Shown here: positions 61,086 to 64,000 of the stretch, in pieces
Position numbering within the stretch: position 1 is the first letter of the stretch
Layout: each line of letters begins with the position of its first letter
NCBI RefSeq assembly: GCF_009914755.1
Contig: NC_060927.1
DNA: 64,000 bases
Source of the DNA: the human T2T-CHM13v2.0 reference genome, Homo sapiens
Direction: 5' to 3' (one strand)
Translations under genes and position numbers: made by a program
Notes under the pieces: model-generated
What the model was told of the DNA's origin: nothing
The model's input: the letters and a program-made list of their open reading frames with translations, nothing else
Database searches by the model: none

Positions 61086-62843
61086 CTGGAGAGCAAGTGA
61101 AAAGAAAGGCTCACATCAGAAAAATAAACCCAGATAGCAAACTCTGCAGAGAACAGTGCCTGAGTCATCTGAGCAACTTTCCAGGAAAGGCAGAGAGATC
61201 AATGAAGATGGGAAAAGACACAGGAGGATGAAGGCTTACTGCAGTTTATCACATTAAGCTTTTAGAGGGGACAAGAAAGGCAGAAAAGGGGAAACTAAGC
61301 CAATGTAATTCAAATTTACAACTTTTCAAGGATTATCTGTCTAATATTTGGAAATAGAAGGCAATATATTTATTTCTAGCTATTTTTATAAACTTCTATA
61401 AGAAAGTTTGGGAATGCCACATCTCAGCATTGCAAAGGACAGCACAAAGATACTGGGCCTGGACTCAAAGAAGCAAAAAAGTAGGCTCACAGACCATGCC
61501 ATAAACCAGACCAGTCTCATGACAAGGGCTCAAGTCTATCTGAGACCTAGATGTCACTGAGCTTGAGAATGCGCTTAGCTAAAAGCCATTGTCTGCTTCC
61601 AAAATCCTAGATTCCACCCATGTTCACCTTCAGCACCTGGGTAGCAATGCTCAAAGCAGGCACTTTTATCTCCCTGGTTTGAGGTACCTTACTGACTTGG
61701 GAAGCCAGAAAGAACATAAAAAGACCCTTCAATAGGATTCACAGTTCTTTATCTATGGAATGAAGAAATTAAGTTTGTCCACAAGATTTATTAGTGAGCT
61801 GAGCCATCAAATTTCCTCTTGGCACCACATAGCATGACTCTCCTTCTGGAAGAGAAATGACAAAAGCCCTATTCCAAAGGTGCATTATTCAAGTTCTAGT
61901 AAGCAGGTAAGAGTATCAGGGATAGCTTACATCTGTCTGCTCTCCAAGAAGGCAGAGGAAGGAGTAACCTCCAAGCTTCCCAGAGCATGTCTAATTATTT
62001 GAAAGCATGGTAGATCATCAAGTCTCCTGGCTTTAAGGTCTCTCTCGATATATTTGCCCCCTTGCTTCTGAGGTGGTCAAAGGTCCCCACTAGTCACAGT
62101 GGAGGGAGAACACCATGGTGTCCTTAAATGTGCACATAAAAAAGCTAGAGATGGCCCTTAGATAACAAACAGTTGGTTATTTCTCAGAGTTAGGACAGCT
62201 AAGACTATCCTCATAAAATCATGAGGTTATCACTTCCGGAGGAATCATTTTGCAATATTTCAGCCTAATTATTAGTTTGCACAAGGGTGGAATCTGGGAG
62301 TTTACATAGAAGCAAATTAGAGATTTCTGAAGGCTTTCATCTTCAGATGTGTTAAAATACAAGTTCCAAGATTACAGAGTAATGAATTAAAAAAAGATGT
62401 AGAATGTCTTAGCCAGAAGAGGGCACTGTCGGAGAATGTACTTGTACTTTTTAAGGAGTACAAGGGAATGCAGAGATGGGGAAAGATCCATTTCTCCGAC
62501 TTTTTTCATTTTAGATCTGAAAGGTTATATACCATCTATATTTAATGCATAAAAGAACTACCACCTAATAAAAACCGCCAGATCAAGGAGTAAATTCAGT
62601 ATCTCTCATCTACTCTCATTCCCAGAGACAGGAAAGAAACACTTTTTTCAGCATGAACAAAATAATTTTCCCTACCTCCCTCTTCCTACAAAGCATTTCA
62701 AATGATAAACTGCAGTAAGGTTCCTCATTTGGTCCCTCTGGTTCTCGGCAGGTTGCTTAGGGGATCAGGCTCTGTTCTCTGCAGTGTTGGTTGTCTGGAT
62801 TTCCTTTTATCCTGAGAAAAGTCTCTCTTCCCTTGCTCTCAGG

Positions 62844-63041
62844 GTGAACGTGATTATTTTTCAGGTGTCTGATGATCCTGGCCTTAGATGGGGACCAGAA
62901 TTACAATCCAGGAGGCAGCTAGCAAAACAGAACCTTAATTCAAATGAGCATGGGAACTGGTAAGTGTCAAACTGGAGAAGAAAAACTGATGCGACATTGA
63001 AGTACTCTACCTTTTCTGGATTTCTTGTTTTTCCTCTGGAA
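62844..63041 (+). pseudogene. Decayed cerebellin-like terminal exon, copy B
   Basis: Frameshifted ...ALDGDQN..QEAAS..LIQM..KLEKKN.. and exact YSTFSGFLVFPL (63003-63038), the cerebellin C-terminus; stop position reads GAA. Confidence 0.88.
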
Positions 63042-63591
63042 GGAACTCATCACCGCAACAAAGAGTGTAAAACAAAGAGAAAGAAGGGATAGGAGGAAAG
63101 GAGAGAAAACATCAAGGCAAATCATCAAGTTGTATGAATAATCTATAATGGTGTAGACAGTAAGGAACCTGGGGACAGGAGCTATCACTTAACAAAAATG
63201 CCCCAGTGTCTACATGGCTCCAGCCTTAGAGTAAAGAACAGCACACAAGGGGTGGGGGATATCTTTGATTAACTAGTTTTTGGCAAATATTTACTTAGAA
63301 AGATAATCCCATTTTGTGATCAACTTGGTACCTAACCAATTTTTATAGCTGCATAGTCTCAGGGCCCAAGCCTTTGAGATTAGATCCTACAGGTGAGAAT
63401 TTAGGGATCACATGTATTTGTAACTAATAAAGGCACTGACTCAGTTGGTTACTCCAGGGAAGTTTACTAAAAAATCATCAGTTTCTAAAAACCCAACTTT
63501 ATCCAGGGGGAAAAAAAATAGTAGTTTAGAATTTCTAGGATGAGAGTCAGCTGACTGTTGGTTTCTTTTCTTATGAAAATTATTGAATACT

Positions 63592-63920
<329 letters not shown>

Positions 63921-64000
63921 TTACAAAATTTCCTCTTGGAATCCCTTATATAGTACAGTACTGAAAGCCTAAATTGACACAGCAATAAGTACACAGATTC

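Noticed and set aside
61633-61755. Possible cerebellin exon 2 remnant (GTFISLV*GT at 61659-61688, +)
   Set aside because: Similarity to the C1q motif STFIAPRKG is too short, flanks do not match and no donor is seen; needs a profile search

Overview
Primate, almost certainly human, genomic DNA from the FAM162A-WDR5B-KPNA1 locus (chr3q21 by recalled gene order, not database-checked). It contains FAM162A coding exons 2-5 (+), the intronless WDR5 retrogene WDR5B (-) with a CpG-rich bidirectional promoter, and KPNA1 (importin alpha-5) exons 6-14 plus its long 3'UTR (-). These sit among many Alu, L1, MER11, MST and DNA-transposon relics. There is no CRISPR array or prokaryotic system. Most notable observations: (1) two decayed, inverted copies of a cerebellin (CBLN1-like) terminal exon in a KPNA1 intron, one keeping a strong splice acceptor in KPNA1 sense; (2) a TSD-flanked Alu/L1 chimeric insertion with a 3' transduction that carries a candidate exon whose ATG is in frame with FAM162A exon 2; (3) a 136-bp, 97% identical copy of WDR5B coding sequence on the divergent side of its promoter; (4) other local templated duplications and an inverted MER11 pair around KPNA1 exons 10-11. 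Repeat boundaries and subfamilies are by eye and approximate. Exon numbers follow recalled gene structures.
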